Assembly (NCBI GenBank): GCA_963754875.1
Contig: CAVWHO010000020.1
Location: 64,001-128,000 of the forward strand
Direction: 5' to 3'
Length of the DNA stretch: 64,000 nt
Source: Nitrospirota bacterium
GTDB lineage: Bacteria > Nitrospirota > UBA9217
Below the pieces are notes generated by a model. It saw nothing but the letters and a program-made list of their open reading frames with translations, was not told the origin of the DNA and searched no databases. A program made the translations under genes and the position numbers. This document shows positions 42,630 to 52,606 of the stretch, one piece after another. Every line of letters starts with the position of its first letter. Position 1 is the stretch's first letter.

Positions 42630-44167
42630 ATGAAAGTAACAAGACGCAATTTATTTAAGCTTGGTATTGCAAGCGCAGTAGCCGGGGTGGTAGCGAAAGT
42701 AGGTTCTCTAAAAGTGGGCCTGTCCTCCAACACAGCTGAGGCCGGCATATTCGGGGACCCTACGTTCCAGGATGTCTACAACCAGATCGGAAAATACATT
42801 CATCTGGTCCCGGGCAAGTTCGCCGGCGGCGTCTCCGCCCATGATATGTCGACCGGTCAATGTCTTGCCTCGATGAATATGAGCATATGGGCCGGGAATA
42901 AAACACCAATCGTTCACCATCTCGCCGCATTCGCTTCTCCAGACCCCTACAAGGAATTCGAGTGGATCGTCGATTCTCAAGGGGGGAAAAACCTGTATAT
43001 CTACGGTGTGACCACACCCGTGAAGGACCCCGCAGAAGGGTTCAATATCTGGAGATGCAATTACGATGGCACCAAGATGAACGTCCTGGAAGACGTTGCG
43101 GAAACTACGGGCATCGGCCTTGGTGTGCACGTCACTGTGGCGCCTGATAACAAACGGTTCTCCGTGTGTGACGGCCAGAAGGACATCATGGCGGTATTCA
43201 AGAAGGGCGAAGGCACGGGTAATTCTACCGTGGAGGCCGCAGTCCTCTTTGACTGGGAGTATAACAATTCGGAACTTTCGCGGGTTTGGTTGGACGGGGG
43301 AACGCTCACTATCAGAAAGCTTCATGCCCCCTACGACCTGAAAGGGACCAAGGGATGCAAGACTGACTGGGAGCTTGTTCCTGGCGGTGAACTTTTCGCT
43401 GAGCAGGGGAAAGTTCCCGGCCCCCGGCTGAAGAACCTCGTCGCTCTCGACTCACTTTGCTGGGATCCGAACCACAAGAACTATGCTATTGCAGCCCTTC
43501 GCCTCCCCGGATGCGGCGTCGTTTTCGATACGACAACGTGGGAACCGAAAGCTATCTGCGTCGGGTCCGATAAGCATGCCAAGCAGGGCTTCCAGGTACC
43601 GGTACAGAAGGTAGGCAACGGGGAATGGAAGGCTGTCTTTAAGAATGTTCCCACGCCGGCACATCAGGCGGGCTTCAGTCCCGACGGAGACCGTTTTATC
43701 CTCATGAACAACAGCCGGGAGAACATTATGGCGGTCTTCGATTCGAGCAATCAGTCAGATCCTACAAGTTGGAGAAGAATTGCAGGAGTCGGCGATCCCA
43801 GCTGGCGCGGCGCCTATCCGAATCCGTTCCATATGGCCTTTACGCCTGACGGCCGAAGATGTACGTGACGCTGTGGTGGCCGTCCCCGAGCACGAACGGC
43901 ATTGCCGCTGTCGACACAAAGACCTGGAAAATTATCAAGACCATAGATATAGGACCGGACACGCACACTATCGCGGTCACCGATGACGGGAAATGGCTGT
44001 TCGGCGTGTTCAGTGGTTATCAGAAGACCAAGACCGGGACCTACGTGGTCCGTGTCAAGGATGACAAATTTTATGGTTATCTGCCGAGCCCTTACGGCAG
44101 CCACGATTCCGTCATCGTACCAAAATCGGTTGCCGGTCTAGCGTTTTCAAGGTGCCCTACCACTTAG
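42630..44167 (+). CDS. tcdh: Thiocyanate dehydrogenase (TcDH), Tat-exported copper beta-propeller; one frameshift near 43855
   Basis: Tat signal TRRNLFK. Motifs recognised from characterised TcDH: PGKF, HHLAAF.SPDPYKEFE, QGGKNL.IYG, GLGVHVT, DGQKD, DWELVPGGE, HQAGFSPDG, GAYPN.FHM.FTPD, WWPSP..NG, GPD.HT, SGYQ, LPSP.G.HD..IVP. Confidence 0.88.
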
Positions 44168-44203
44168 CAAACTGTTCGCGGGCGATCCGCGCGGAATGTC
44201 GAA

Positions 44204-44243
44204 AAACCCCTTGATGGAAGACTAGCTCTCCATCAAGGGGTTT
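44204..44243 (+). terminator. Stem-loop directly after tcdh
   Basis: aaaccccttgatgga / tccatcaaggggttt, 15-bp perfect inverted repeat. Confidence 0.7.
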
Positions 44244-44297
44244 AAGGCCCGATGCACAAGGGCGCGGCCATATACCCGCGACCATGGGAGATTAAAC

Positions 44298-45512
44298 ATG
44301 ATCAGGTCCCTCTTTGGACTTGCTTATCAGAATCTACAGGTGAAACATCTGCGTTTCTACATCATTCTGGTCAGCGTTAGCATAGTCATCGGGGCGTTCT
44401 TTGCAAGTTCTATCCTCATTATGGGGATCAACCACACTCTTAACCAGGGCCTCTCGAAACTCGGGGCCGACCTACTCGTAATTCCCAAGGAATCCCTGGT
44501 AAATCTCAAGTCGGCGCTCCTGACGGGAGAGCCTTCCGCCTTTTATATGGACAGTGCAGTGCTCGACAAGATACGGGTGCTGAAGGGCGTTAAGAAGGTA
44601 TCGGGACAGATTTTTCTGACCAGCGCAACGGGAGATTGCTGCGTCATGGGAAATTCATTTCTCATTGGTTTCAATCCCAAAGATGATTTCACCGTGATGC
44701 CGTGGGTGGACAAGAGCGTAAAGGAACCGTTCCCGCCCGATGGAGCGATTGTCGGCGCAATGACGCCCTGGAATCTGGAGGACGGTCTTAAATTCTACGG
44801 TGTTCGTTTGAAAGTATGGGCCAAGCTCGAACGGACCGGGATCGGATTGTACGATAACGCAGTTTTTTTCAATATCGACCGGGCCTATGAAATGTCCGAG
44901 AAGTCGCAGCGCGATTCATTGGTGAAGCCTCTTGCGCCGCTGAGAAACAGAATATCCGGCGGATTGGTCCAGCTCGACGTAGGGGCAAAAATCCCGTTCA
45001 TCACATTTTCGATCCTGAAGGATAATCCCAGTCTGAAGGTGGTGACCACGGGAAATATCGCGACCTCGGCTCGGCAGACGACGGTAGCCGTATTTTTTGG
45101 CATCGTCGTGCTCATCGTTGTCCTCATTCTGTCCAATGTCCTTATGATTAATGCCATATTCTCCGCTGTTGTGAATGAACGCAAAAGAGAAATCGGCATT
45201 ATCAGGGCTATCGGGGCTACAAAAGCCAATATATTCATGCTCATCCTTTATGAATCGACCCTGATCAGCGTCATCAGCGGCTTTATGGGCATGGTCATCG
45301 GGGGAGTTCTCCTGAAACTGTTCCAACGGTCGATTATCTTTTACCTGAAAATGCTCAACATACCGTTTATGCTGCCGCCCTTCGAAATGATCGCATCAAT
45401 GATGGTGGGAGCGATTGGGGTGGCTCTTATCATGGGGGTAAGCGGGTCGATGTATCCGGCCATCCTCGCTGTGAGGATAGATCCTCACGAAACTATGAAG
45501 CAGGGGTTATGA
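44298..45512 (+). CDS. MacB/FtsX-type ABC permease
   Basis: LGADLLVIP, periplasmic CC pair, ERKREIGIIRAIGA. Confidence 0.88.
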   Translation: MIRSLFGLAYQNLQVKHLRFYIILVSVSIVIGAFFASSILIMGINHTLNQGLSKLGADLLVIPKESLVNLKSALLTGEPSAFYMDSAVLDKIRVLKGVKKVSGQIFLTSATGDCCVMGNSFLIGFNPKDDFTVMPWVDKSVKEPFPPDGAIVGAMTPWNLEDGLKFYGVRLKVWAKLERTGIGLYDNAVFFNIDRAYEMSEKSQRDSLVKPLAPLRNRISGGLVQLDVGAKIPFITFSILKDNPSLKVVTTGNIATSARQTTVAVFFGIVVLIVVLILSNVLMINAIFSAVVNERKREIGIIRAIGATKANIFMLILYESTLISVISGFMGMVIGGVLLKLFQRSIIFYLKMLNIPFMLPPFEMIASMMVGAIGVALIMGVSGSMYPAILAVRIDPHETMKQGL

Positions 45513-45513
45513 C

Positions 45514-46245
45514 ATGGCAGACTTCATTCGGACTCGTGCACTAAAGAAGATCTATTATCTGGGTGATCAGCGAGTTGAGGCCCTGAAGGGCGTCGATCTC
45601 GACATTCCCTCGTCTGATTTCGTGGTCTTTATGGGCCATTCGGGATCAGGTAAGACCACGCTCATCAGCACCATCGGCGGGCTTACGAAACCAACCGAGG
45701 GGACAGTATCAATCGATGGCGTTGACATCTGGAAACTGAACGACCGGGAACTTTCCATCCTGAGGAACCGCAAGATCGGTTTCGTCTTCCAGTCCTTCAG
45801 TCTGCTGTCGACGCTGAACGTCCTCAACAATGTCGTTATGCCTGTGATATTCAACAAGAACGGGGACCGCGATGCGGATGTCGTCCGAGATCGTGCGATA
45901 TCCATCCTCGAGGGTCTCAACATGAAGAAAAAGATCGAGTCATATCCTTCGGAACTGTCGGGGGGGGAACAGCGGCGGGTGGCCATTGCACGTGCGCTCA
46001 TAAACGACCCCGACATTATCCTTGCCGACGAGCCGACCGGCGAGCTCGATATCAGAACGGAGCAGGAGGTCATTGACATCTTCCGGATGATCAACACGCA
46101 ATACAAAAAAACCATAATCGTTGTGAGCCACAGCCTCACCTGGCTCGAATCTGCTAAGACGGTTGTCGTCATGAAGGACGGGTTTTTGTACCGGGATGTG
46201 GCAGATCCCGTTGAGGCCTTGATGGGAAAGATTTGCAAGCCATGA
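45514..46245 (+). CDS. ABC ATPase (LolD-like)
   Basis: GHSGSGKT, LSGGE, ILADEPTG. Confidence 0.92.
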   Translation: MADFIRTRALKKIYYLGDQRVEALKGVDLDIPSSDFVVFMGHSGSGKTTLISTIGGLTKPTEGTVSIDGVDIWKLNDRELSILRNRKIGFVFQSFSLLSTLNVLNNVVMPVIFNKNGDRDADVVRDRAISILEGLNMKKKIESYPSELSGGEQRRVAIARALINDPDIILADEPTGELDIRTEQEVIDIFRMINTQYKKTIIVVSHSLTWLESAKTVVVMKDGFLYRDVADPVEALMGKICKP

Positions 46246-47690
46246 CCATCCTGAAATTCGCGCTACTTGACCTGATGCGCAGGCCGAAAAAGAGCGGGTT
46301 GATCGTTTTTGCGATCGTCATATCCGTTGCGCTCCTGTCTTCGCTTTCGATCGTAAGCACTTCGGCGACGTCAAACATACTGGAAGTGATCTCAAAGACA
46401 GGTCATACGCTGACCGTTCGTCCCGTCATAACCGCCGCTATCGACGAGGCGGACAAGAGTGCACTGCAGAACCTCACCATTTCGGAGGTGGTCTTCGGCA
46501 AATATATACCCGAGTCGGCGGTGCAGGAGATTTCAAGGACATATGACAAGGCAATTCGGGAGGGATGGGAACGGAAAGGCGGGCTGGTCAGCAACCCGGG
46601 AATCCCGGACACGAGCATCGTACCGCCGACCTGGGCGCCCCGGCTCTACGTGAAGGCGGTGGTGGACGGTCATGAGGCTATCGTTACGGGAATCGATATC
46701 ACCAAGGAATATTTCGTCCGTTTCTGGTGGACCTTGTCCAGCGGCGAGTGGCCGAAAAATGTGGATGTCAAGAATGTCGATACGAAGATCGATGCCATGT
46801 ATGTCATGGGGCGCGACGGACAGGTAACCGTGAAGAAGCCGAAATACCGGCTCGATGAACAGGGGAAGACAATATACGATGACAGTCATCATGACAACGC
46901 TACCGGGTCATCAGACGATAAGCTGCGCCATTTTGCCTATGGGCATGGAGCCGCCGATGAGATCAGAAACGATGCCTATCTCGGGGGGGGGTATGCCGCC
47001 GCCAGGAGACTGAAAGTCGGAGATACCATGACGGTTGCATCGCGACAATTCAAGGTCATGGGCGTCCTGGAGGAAACGAACTCCGCCGATGATTATATGG
47101 TCTTTATTCCGTTGTTGACGGCCCAGAAAATGTTTCACAAGGAAGGATATATATCGCTGCTGAGCGTCAGGGCCATGTGCCCTAACTGCCCCGTTGGAGA
47201 CGCCATGGTGGAGTTGAACAAGAACATCACGGGCATTACCGCGGTCTCCCAGCTCGACGTCGCGGGTTTGCAGTTCGACTTTTTTAATATGCTGTATCGC
47301 TTCCTCTTGGCAGTGGTGGTTGCCACCATTGCCGTGGGTATCTTTTCGATCTTCAACATTGTCGCCGGCTCTCTGTACGCGCGGGCGCGGGAGGTCGGCC
47401 TGCTCAAGGCGGTCGGCGCATCGCGTTTTCAGCTTGTCAGGATATTTCTGTACGAACACCTTATAATCGGGATCATTGCGGGGCTCGGCGGATTTGCGGC
47501 GGGTGTCGGCATGGCGCATATCATGAATACGTTCCTCGGTATTGGAGCGGTCGTCCGGGTCGAGGTTGGGGTGCTATGGCACGCACTGGCTCTCGGCATA
47601 ATTTGCAGCCTCCTCGCCATTTATTACCCGGCATATAAACTGTCGGGTATAAAGATCACGGAGACGTTTCGAACCCAGTGGGAGGTTTAG
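46242..47690 (+). CDS. MacB/FtsX-type ABC permease with CxxC motif and His-containing insert
   Basis: MCPNCP, DDSHHDN insert, REVGLLKAVGA. Confidence 0.88.
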   Translation: MTILKFALLDLMRRPKKSGLIVFAIVISVALLSSLSIVSTSATSNILEVISKTGHTLTVRPVITAAIDEADKSALQNLTISEVVFGKYIPESAVQEISRTYDKAIREGWERKGGLVSNPGIPDTSIVPPTWAPRLYVKAVVDGHEAIVTGIDITKEYFVRFWWTLSSGEWPKNVDVKNVDTKIDAMYVMGRDGQVTVKKPKYRLDEQGKTIYDDSHHDNATGSSDDKLRHFAYGHGAADEIRNDAYLGGGYAAARRLKVGDTMTVASRQFKVMGVLEETNSADDYMVFIPLLTAQKMFHKEGYISLLSVRAMCPNCPVGDAMVELNKNITGITAVSQLDVAGLQFDFFNMLYRFLLAVVVATIAVGIFSIFNIVAGSLYARAREVGLLKAVGASRFQLVRIFLYEHLIIGIIAGLGGFAAGVGMAHIMNTFLGIGAVVRVEVGVLWHALALGIICSLLAIYYPAYKLSGIKITETFRTQWEV

Positions 47691-47691
47691 G

Positions 47692-48882
47692 TTGAACTTA
47701 TTGTCGCTCGTGACTAAGGACATCATGCGGAGAAAGGGGAAAAGCGTTTATCTGCTGACCGCCATGCTTATTCCTGTTGTTATTCTCAGTACGATCCTGC
47801 TGACGGTCGACAACGCGGACAGGTCCCTCGCGACCCTCGCCTCGAAATTCGGCTTTACCATGACTGTGCAGCCGAAGAACATCAAGGTCGAGCGGATCGA
47901 TCAGATCGGTGTGGTGATTAATGAGTTCCTGCCGGAGACCGTCATGAAATCAATTGACGAGATTGTCAGGAAAAGGACAGGGAACAAGCAAGAAGCGATT
48001 ATCATCGCGCCGCGGATATACCAGCGGACGGATACCGTGATCCGGAAGTCTTCCGTCAGTACGGTCGTCGCCGGTATCGATTTTCAATCCGAACGAGCGG
48101 CCAAACCGTCCTGGAGTCTGGCGAGCGGGCAATGGCCGACGGGAGAAGGGGAGGCTGTGATAGGCGGGACTTTTGCCCGCGCGAACAATCTCTCGGAGAA
48201 TGCGGTAATCTCGGTGGACGGCAGGGCCTTTACGGTTGCGGGTATCCTTAAAAATTATAACGTCTCCGACGATTATATGGTTTTTGTCCCCTTCAGTGTT
48301 CTCCAGGCCCTTTCCGATAAAAAAGGTTTCTTATCGCTCGTAAATGTGCAGAATGTTTCCCTTGACCGGGATCGGAACCTCCTGCGCGATGTTGTCACTG
48401 AATTGAACAGCACCATTCCCGACGTCAAGACCCTCGTACCTCAGCAGTTTAGCACGATGAAATATGTCTTTCTCAAGAAAACCTTCAAATTTCTCCTTTC
48501 CATCGTTGCGTCAACGGTGTTCATCAGCATATTCGCGATCTTCAATATCGTTACGAGTGTACTCTATTCCCGCATCAGGGAGATTGGCCTGCTGAAGACC
48601 GTGGGTGCCTCGCGGTCGCAGCTGCTTCTCGTTTTTCTCGGCGAGTACTCAGCCATGGGCCTCGCGGCCGGTATCGCGGGTTATCCGATCGGCATGGTGA
48701 TGACCTACGTCCTCGATTCCTTTGTTCTGAACCTTGGCGCAGGCGTCCATTTTAGCCTCTCAGTGTTTCTTGCTGCGATCGCTTCCGGTATTCTCTGCAG
48801 CCTGGTGGCTGGCTTTTACCCAACCTACAAGCTGTCGGGGATAAAAATATCGGACAGCTTCAGATCCCAGTGGGAGGTGTGA
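47692..48882 (+). CDS. MacB/FtsX-type ABC permease (paralog of the preceding gene)
   Basis: REIGLLKTVGA; shared C-terminus YKLSGIKI...FR.QWEV. Confidence 0.88.
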   Translation: MNLLSLVTKDIMRRKGKSVYLLTAMLIPVVILSTILLTVDNADRSLATLASKFGFTMTVQPKNIKVERIDQIGVVINEFLPETVMKSIDEIVRKRTGNKQEAIIIAPRIYQRTDTVIRKSSVSTVVAGIDFQSERAAKPSWSLASGQWPTGEGEAVIGGTFARANNLSENAVISVDGRAFTVAGILKNYNVSDDYMVFVPFSVLQALSDKKGFLSLVNVQNVSLDRDRNLLRDVVTELNSTIPDVKTLVPQQFSTMKYVFLKKTFKFLLSIVASTVFISIFAIFNIVTSVLYSRIREIGLLKTVGASRSQLLLVFLGEYSAMGLAAGIAGYPIGMVMTYVLDSFVLNLGAGVHFSLSVFLAAIASGILCSLVAGFYPTYKLSGIKISDSFRSQWEV

Positions 48883-49607
48883 TTTTGGACAACAACGAAG
48901 GGGAAACATTCCTGGAACTTCGGGATGTCAGCAAGGCATTCAGACTGGCGTCGGGGGAGGTAAAGGCACTCGACGGCGTTTCTCTCAGCATCGGAAGGGG
49001 CACACTGGTCGCACTTGTGGGACCGAGCGGGTCTGGCAAGACCACCCTTCTCAATATCATCGGTGCTCTTGATAAACCGTCCCAGGGGGAGGTGCTGCTG
49101 GAGGGGATCAGGATCGACAGTTTGTCGGAAGAGAAACTGGTCCAGTTCCGCAGAGAGAAGTTCAGCTTTATATTCCAGGACGCAAAACCACTGCGTATGC
49201 TGAACGTGCTCGAAAACACACTGCTCCCTTTCAGCTTTTTCAAACCGAAGCACAGCAGCGGGAGCATAAAGGACACCGGAATAGAGATAATCAAATCCCT
49301 GGGGCTAGGGCATCGGCTTTACCATATGCCGAGCCAGCTAAGCGGCGGAGAGATCCAGCGTGTGGCCATTGCCCGTGCGCTGATAACCCGTCCGGCAGTC
49401 ATCCTTGCCGACGAACCGACTGCCAATCTCGACCGGGATAACCGGCTGTTCGTTATGGAGACCTTTAAACTACTTTCCCGCGAGCGGGGGATAACCATAG
49501 TATTTTCCACCCATGACCTTGAGATAGCTAATAGCTCCGACCGTATCATCCAGATGAAGGACGGCGTGCTGTTAAAGGATGAGTCTCCCTTGTGCCCGGT
49601 CTGTTAG
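48870..49607 (+). CDS. ABC ATPase (LolD-like)
   Basis: GPSGSGKT, LSGGE, ILADEPTA. Confidence 0.92.
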   Translation: MGGVILDNNEGETFLELRDVSKAFRLASGEVKALDGVSLSIGRGTLVALVGPSGSGKTTLLNIIGALDKPSQGEVLLEGIRIDSLSEEKLVQFRREKFSFIFQDAKPLRMLNVLENTLLPFSFFKPKHSSGSIKDTGIEIIKSLGLGHRLYHMPSQLSGGEIQRVAIARALITRPAVILADEPTANLDRDNRLFVMETFKLLSRERGITIVFSTHDLEIANSSDRIIQMKDGVLLKDESPLCPVC

Positions 49608-49643
49608 ATATAAGGGCGTGGCGCCAAAAGAAAGGGTGCAGGC

Positions 49644-50318
49644 ATGAAAAGCAAAACTGATATACTTGCTGCCCTGAAAAGCAGGAAAATGGCTGTTGCG
49701 TTCGTGACGGCAATCGTTGTCCTTCTGCTGGCGGACATCGTTGTCGGACGCTGGCAGGAAAGTATTATCAGGGGAAAAGAGGCAGCGATTAAACGCCTCC
49801 AGGCGCAGGCGTCTCGCATGCTTTCCGTCGATGTTCGCGATATCACCGAAACGGCCGGCATCACTCACACGGGACGTTATGAAGTGCTCATACGGATAGA
49901 CAACGTCGGTGAAGAGCCGGCCTACTTGACGCACCCATCAGTGAAGGCCTACATTCAGACCGGAACCATCTCGTGGACAGAAGTGCCCGTAGCGGAAAAG
50001 GCCGGTGAGAAACAGGAACAGGTATACAAGATCGCAGAAGGTCACCTGCTTTTCAGAAAAATACTTACGGTCTCCCAGCGTTTACCCTACAACAAATACC
50101 TGATCCCGAAGTACATGCATGTGCGGTTCTATATAACCATGGATGTCCTTCCGGAAAGCGGTTTTAAGGAGGGAGAAGTCGTTGAAAGGAAGAGCGATAT
50201 CTACATTTATCTTAAACCCTACTGGATCAGCCGAAGGGAAATCGCTAAGGCGATAGATTTCGGTGACACGAAGATCCCGGTTTATATGCCTATATCGTCG
50301 TTCAGGAACTGGAACTAG
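49644..50318 (+). CDS. Membrane-anchored protein of unknown function (paralog 1)
   Basis: N-terminal TM; AYIQTG..SWTEVP, YMHVR and YLKPY shared with the next gene. Confidence 0.8.
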   Translation: MKSKTDILAALKSRKMAVAFVTAIVVLLLADIVVGRWQESIIRGKEAAIKRLQAQASRMLSVDVRDITETAGITHTGRYEVLIRIDNVGEEPAYLTHPSVKAYIQTGTISWTEVPVAEKAGEKQEQVYKIAEGHLLFRKILTVSQRLPYNKYLIPKYMHVRFYITMDVLPESGFKEGEVVERKSDIYIYLKPYWISRREIAKAIDFGDTKIPVYMPISSFRNWN

Positions 50319-50368
50319 TTGACGTCCCGGCGCGCTCGTTCGGAGTCTGTCGACGGGGGGATTACGAA

Positions 50369-50995
50369 ATGCTCAGAAAAAAGAAACTGATCGCCTCGCT
50401 TATCGGGGTTGTCCTCCTCTTCGTTGTCGCTGATTACCTGGTCGGGCTGAAAGAGACCGCCATCATCAGGGAAAAGGAGGCAAAAAAGGAGCGGCTGGAA
50501 AAAAGGGCCTTCTATCAGATCATGCCCGACGTCGAGGACGCACGGATCATCAAGGGAAAGCCGGGGCAATACGAGATTGTTATCAAGATAGAAAACCTTG
50601 CAGATGAGCCCGTGTATATATCCTATCCGCAAGCGGTTGCGTACGTTCAGACCGGTATGTCCTGGACGGAAGTCCCTGTACGCGAGGGCGAACGAAAAGC
50701 GGAGGAGCAGGTCATCCGTATTGAACCGGGAGTCCATCGTTACCGGAAGATTATCACGATCAGCCGCTCTATAAAATACAGCTATTATCAGATGTTTGGT
50801 TACATGCACGTCCGTGTCCGTCTTTCCCTGTTCGTGCTGCCGGAAAGCGCCTTCAAGGAAGAAGAGGTCGTTGACCGATATTCGGATGCTTATATGTATT
50901 TGAAGCCCTATTACATCACTGACCGGGAGATCGCCCGGCAGGTGAAATTTCCAGACAACAAGATACCCGTTATGATACCGATGCCGCCCCATTAA
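50369..50995 (+). CDS. Membrane-anchored protein of unknown function (paralog 2)
   Basis: N-terminal TM; AYVQTG.SWTEVP, YMHVR, YLKPY. Confidence 0.8.
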   Translation: MLRKKKLIASLIGVVLLFVVADYLVGLKETAIIREKEAKKERLEKRAFYQIMPDVEDARIIKGKPGQYEIVIKIENLADEPVYISYPQAVAYVQTGMSWTEVPVREGERKAEEQVIRIEPGVHRYRKIITISRSIKYSYYQMFGYMHVRVRLSLFVLPESAFKEEEVVDRYSDAYMYLKPYYITDREIARQVKFPDNKIPVMIPMPPH

Positions 50996-51015
50996 GAAAA
51001 AGGAGGGAAAAAACA

Positions 51016-51429
51016 ATGCGTACGGATACGATGTTAAGGTGGACAGGGGTTTTCTCCATCTTGGCAATAAGCGTTTTCCTGATGGCCTTCGAGCAGAAAG
51101 GAATCAATAGCGAACAGGGATTCTACTCGATCGATGTGCAGTGCGCTGCAAATCCGGTGACGGTTGGCAAAAACAACATGACTGTCACGATAAACGATGC
51201 GAAATCCCTGAAGCCCTTCGAAAAAAAGCTGACTGTTGAAGTGATTCCCTGGATGCCAACCCATGAGCACGGCTCGAGTGATATTGCGTCGGTGACATAT
51301 CTCGGGAAGGGACTGTATCGTGTTGAAGGAATTAACTTCACTATGCCGGGGGAGTGGGATGTATACTTCAAGATACGAGACGGAAGCAAAGAAGATTCTG
51401 CGGTTTTCAACGTTAACATTACCCCATGA
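51016..51429 (+). CDS. YtkA/FixH-like exported protein, candidate Cu chaperone
   Basis: Signal peptide; WMPTHEHG and FTMPGEW Met/His motifs. Confidence 0.7.
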   Translation: MRTDTMLRWTGVFSILAISVFLMAFEQKGINSEQGFYSIDVQCAANPVTVGKNNMTVTINDAKSLKPFEKKLTVEVIPWMPTHEHGSSDIASVTYLGKGLYRVEGINFTMPGEWDVYFKIRDGSKEDSAVFNVNITP

Positions 51430-51555
51430 TCGTCGTTCAATGATCTTTCTTCGGCGGCAGGGCGCTATAAAAAAGCGGCATCAGGAACTGGTATTTCATC
51501 ATTCACCGTCCTGCTATATAAAAAAACATTTCTGAAGATAGAGTTCAAAGACGTT

Positions 51556-52077
51556 ATGCCGAACGCCTGTCTGAAAAAAGCAGTACCTATCTGCATGTTT
51601 GTCGCCCTGTGCGCGTATGCTGGAGCCGGATTTGCAGGGAGGATGACCCCGGACCACTTCGCCGCGGAAGTGTCGAACATTACTTATCAGAACAACGACG
51701 AGTACCTTGTGGAAATTACCATAACAAACAGTTCTAATGAAACAGTGGTTCTGGAAGGATATGAGGCGAGTTTTTCCGTACAGAGCGAAATCCTTGGCCA
51801 GTGGATTGAACTTAGCCATCGCGCGGTCGGCGTTCCGGGGCACCCTGCCGGGCTCGCTGCTCTCAGCGGAAAAAAATGGAAGACCACGGAGACCGTAATT
51901 ATACCGTTCGCTGGTCCTCACCTGTTCAGAAACCATGAGGGTGATATGAATTTGCTGTTCCGATATAAGCTCAAATTAACTGGTACCTCATCTTCCCGAG
52001 AAGGTGAAGACGGTGGAGAAAGTGCTTATTGGGTGACGCCGCAAACAGACCGGTGGGTGCTCAGGGAGGGGATGTAG
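51556..52077 (+). CDS. Exported hypothetical protein
   Basis: Signal peptide; Ig-like beta pattern. Confidence 0.7.
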   Translation: MPNACLKKAVPICMFVALCAYAGAGFAGRMTPDHFAAEVSNITYQNNDEYLVEITITNSSNETVVLEGYEASFSVQSEILGQWIELSHRAVGVPGHPAGLAALSGKKWKTTETVIIPFAGPHLFRNHEGDMNLLFRYKLKLTGTSSSREGEDGGESAYWVTPQTDRWVLREGM

Positions 52078-52307
52078 AGGCGACATTCACCATGCCGTTA
52101 GATCTCGTGGTACGAGTGGTGAGTTTGCAGATCAGCGAGCTGGTTTCCCGGACTAAGATCCGGCATATGGCATAATGTGATGATAACTTATCTGGTTTTT
52201 TCAGGGTGCCGTTGTGATATAATATAACGTCAACGAAAGATTAGGAGCGGTTTGCGGTTATGAACGGCAGAAGGGGCGTCAAGAAGGGTCTTCCGAAGGA
52301 AAGGAAA

Positions 52308-52604
52308 ATGAGGCTAAACTGCTGGGAAGTCATGAAGTGCGGAAGGGAACCCGGAGGGAGCAACGTAGCGGCACACGGGATATGCCCTGCCGTGACCTGC
52401 GCAAAGCTTGACAGCGCTCACGGAGGGAAAAATGCGGGCCGTGTGTGCTGGATCGTTGCCGGCACGATGTGTGGTGGAGAGATTCAGGGGAGTTTCGCTC
52501 GAAAATACTCCGACTGCCGGAAATGCAGGTTCTACCAGATGGTAATGGAAGAAGAAGGGCCGAACTTTCATTTAACAATAGACCTTGTAGAGTGGCTCAA
52601 ATAG
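52308..52604 (+). CDS. Small Cys-rich 'two-CW' domain protein
   Basis: NCWE..KCGR, CPA, GRVCW.VAGT.C, C..C.FY. Confidence 0.75.
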   Translation: MRLNCWEVMKCGREPGGSNVAAHGICPAVTCAKLDSAHGGKNAGRVCWIVAGTMCGGEIQGSFARKYSDCRKCRFYQMVMEEEGPNFHLTIDLVEWLK

Positions 52605-52606
52605 GC

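Noticed and set aside
42630..44167. Nitrous oxide reductase (NosZ-like), suggested by the Tat signal and seven propeller histidines
   Set aside because: No CuA domain and no nosD/F/Y/L nearby. Long motifs match TcDH instead.
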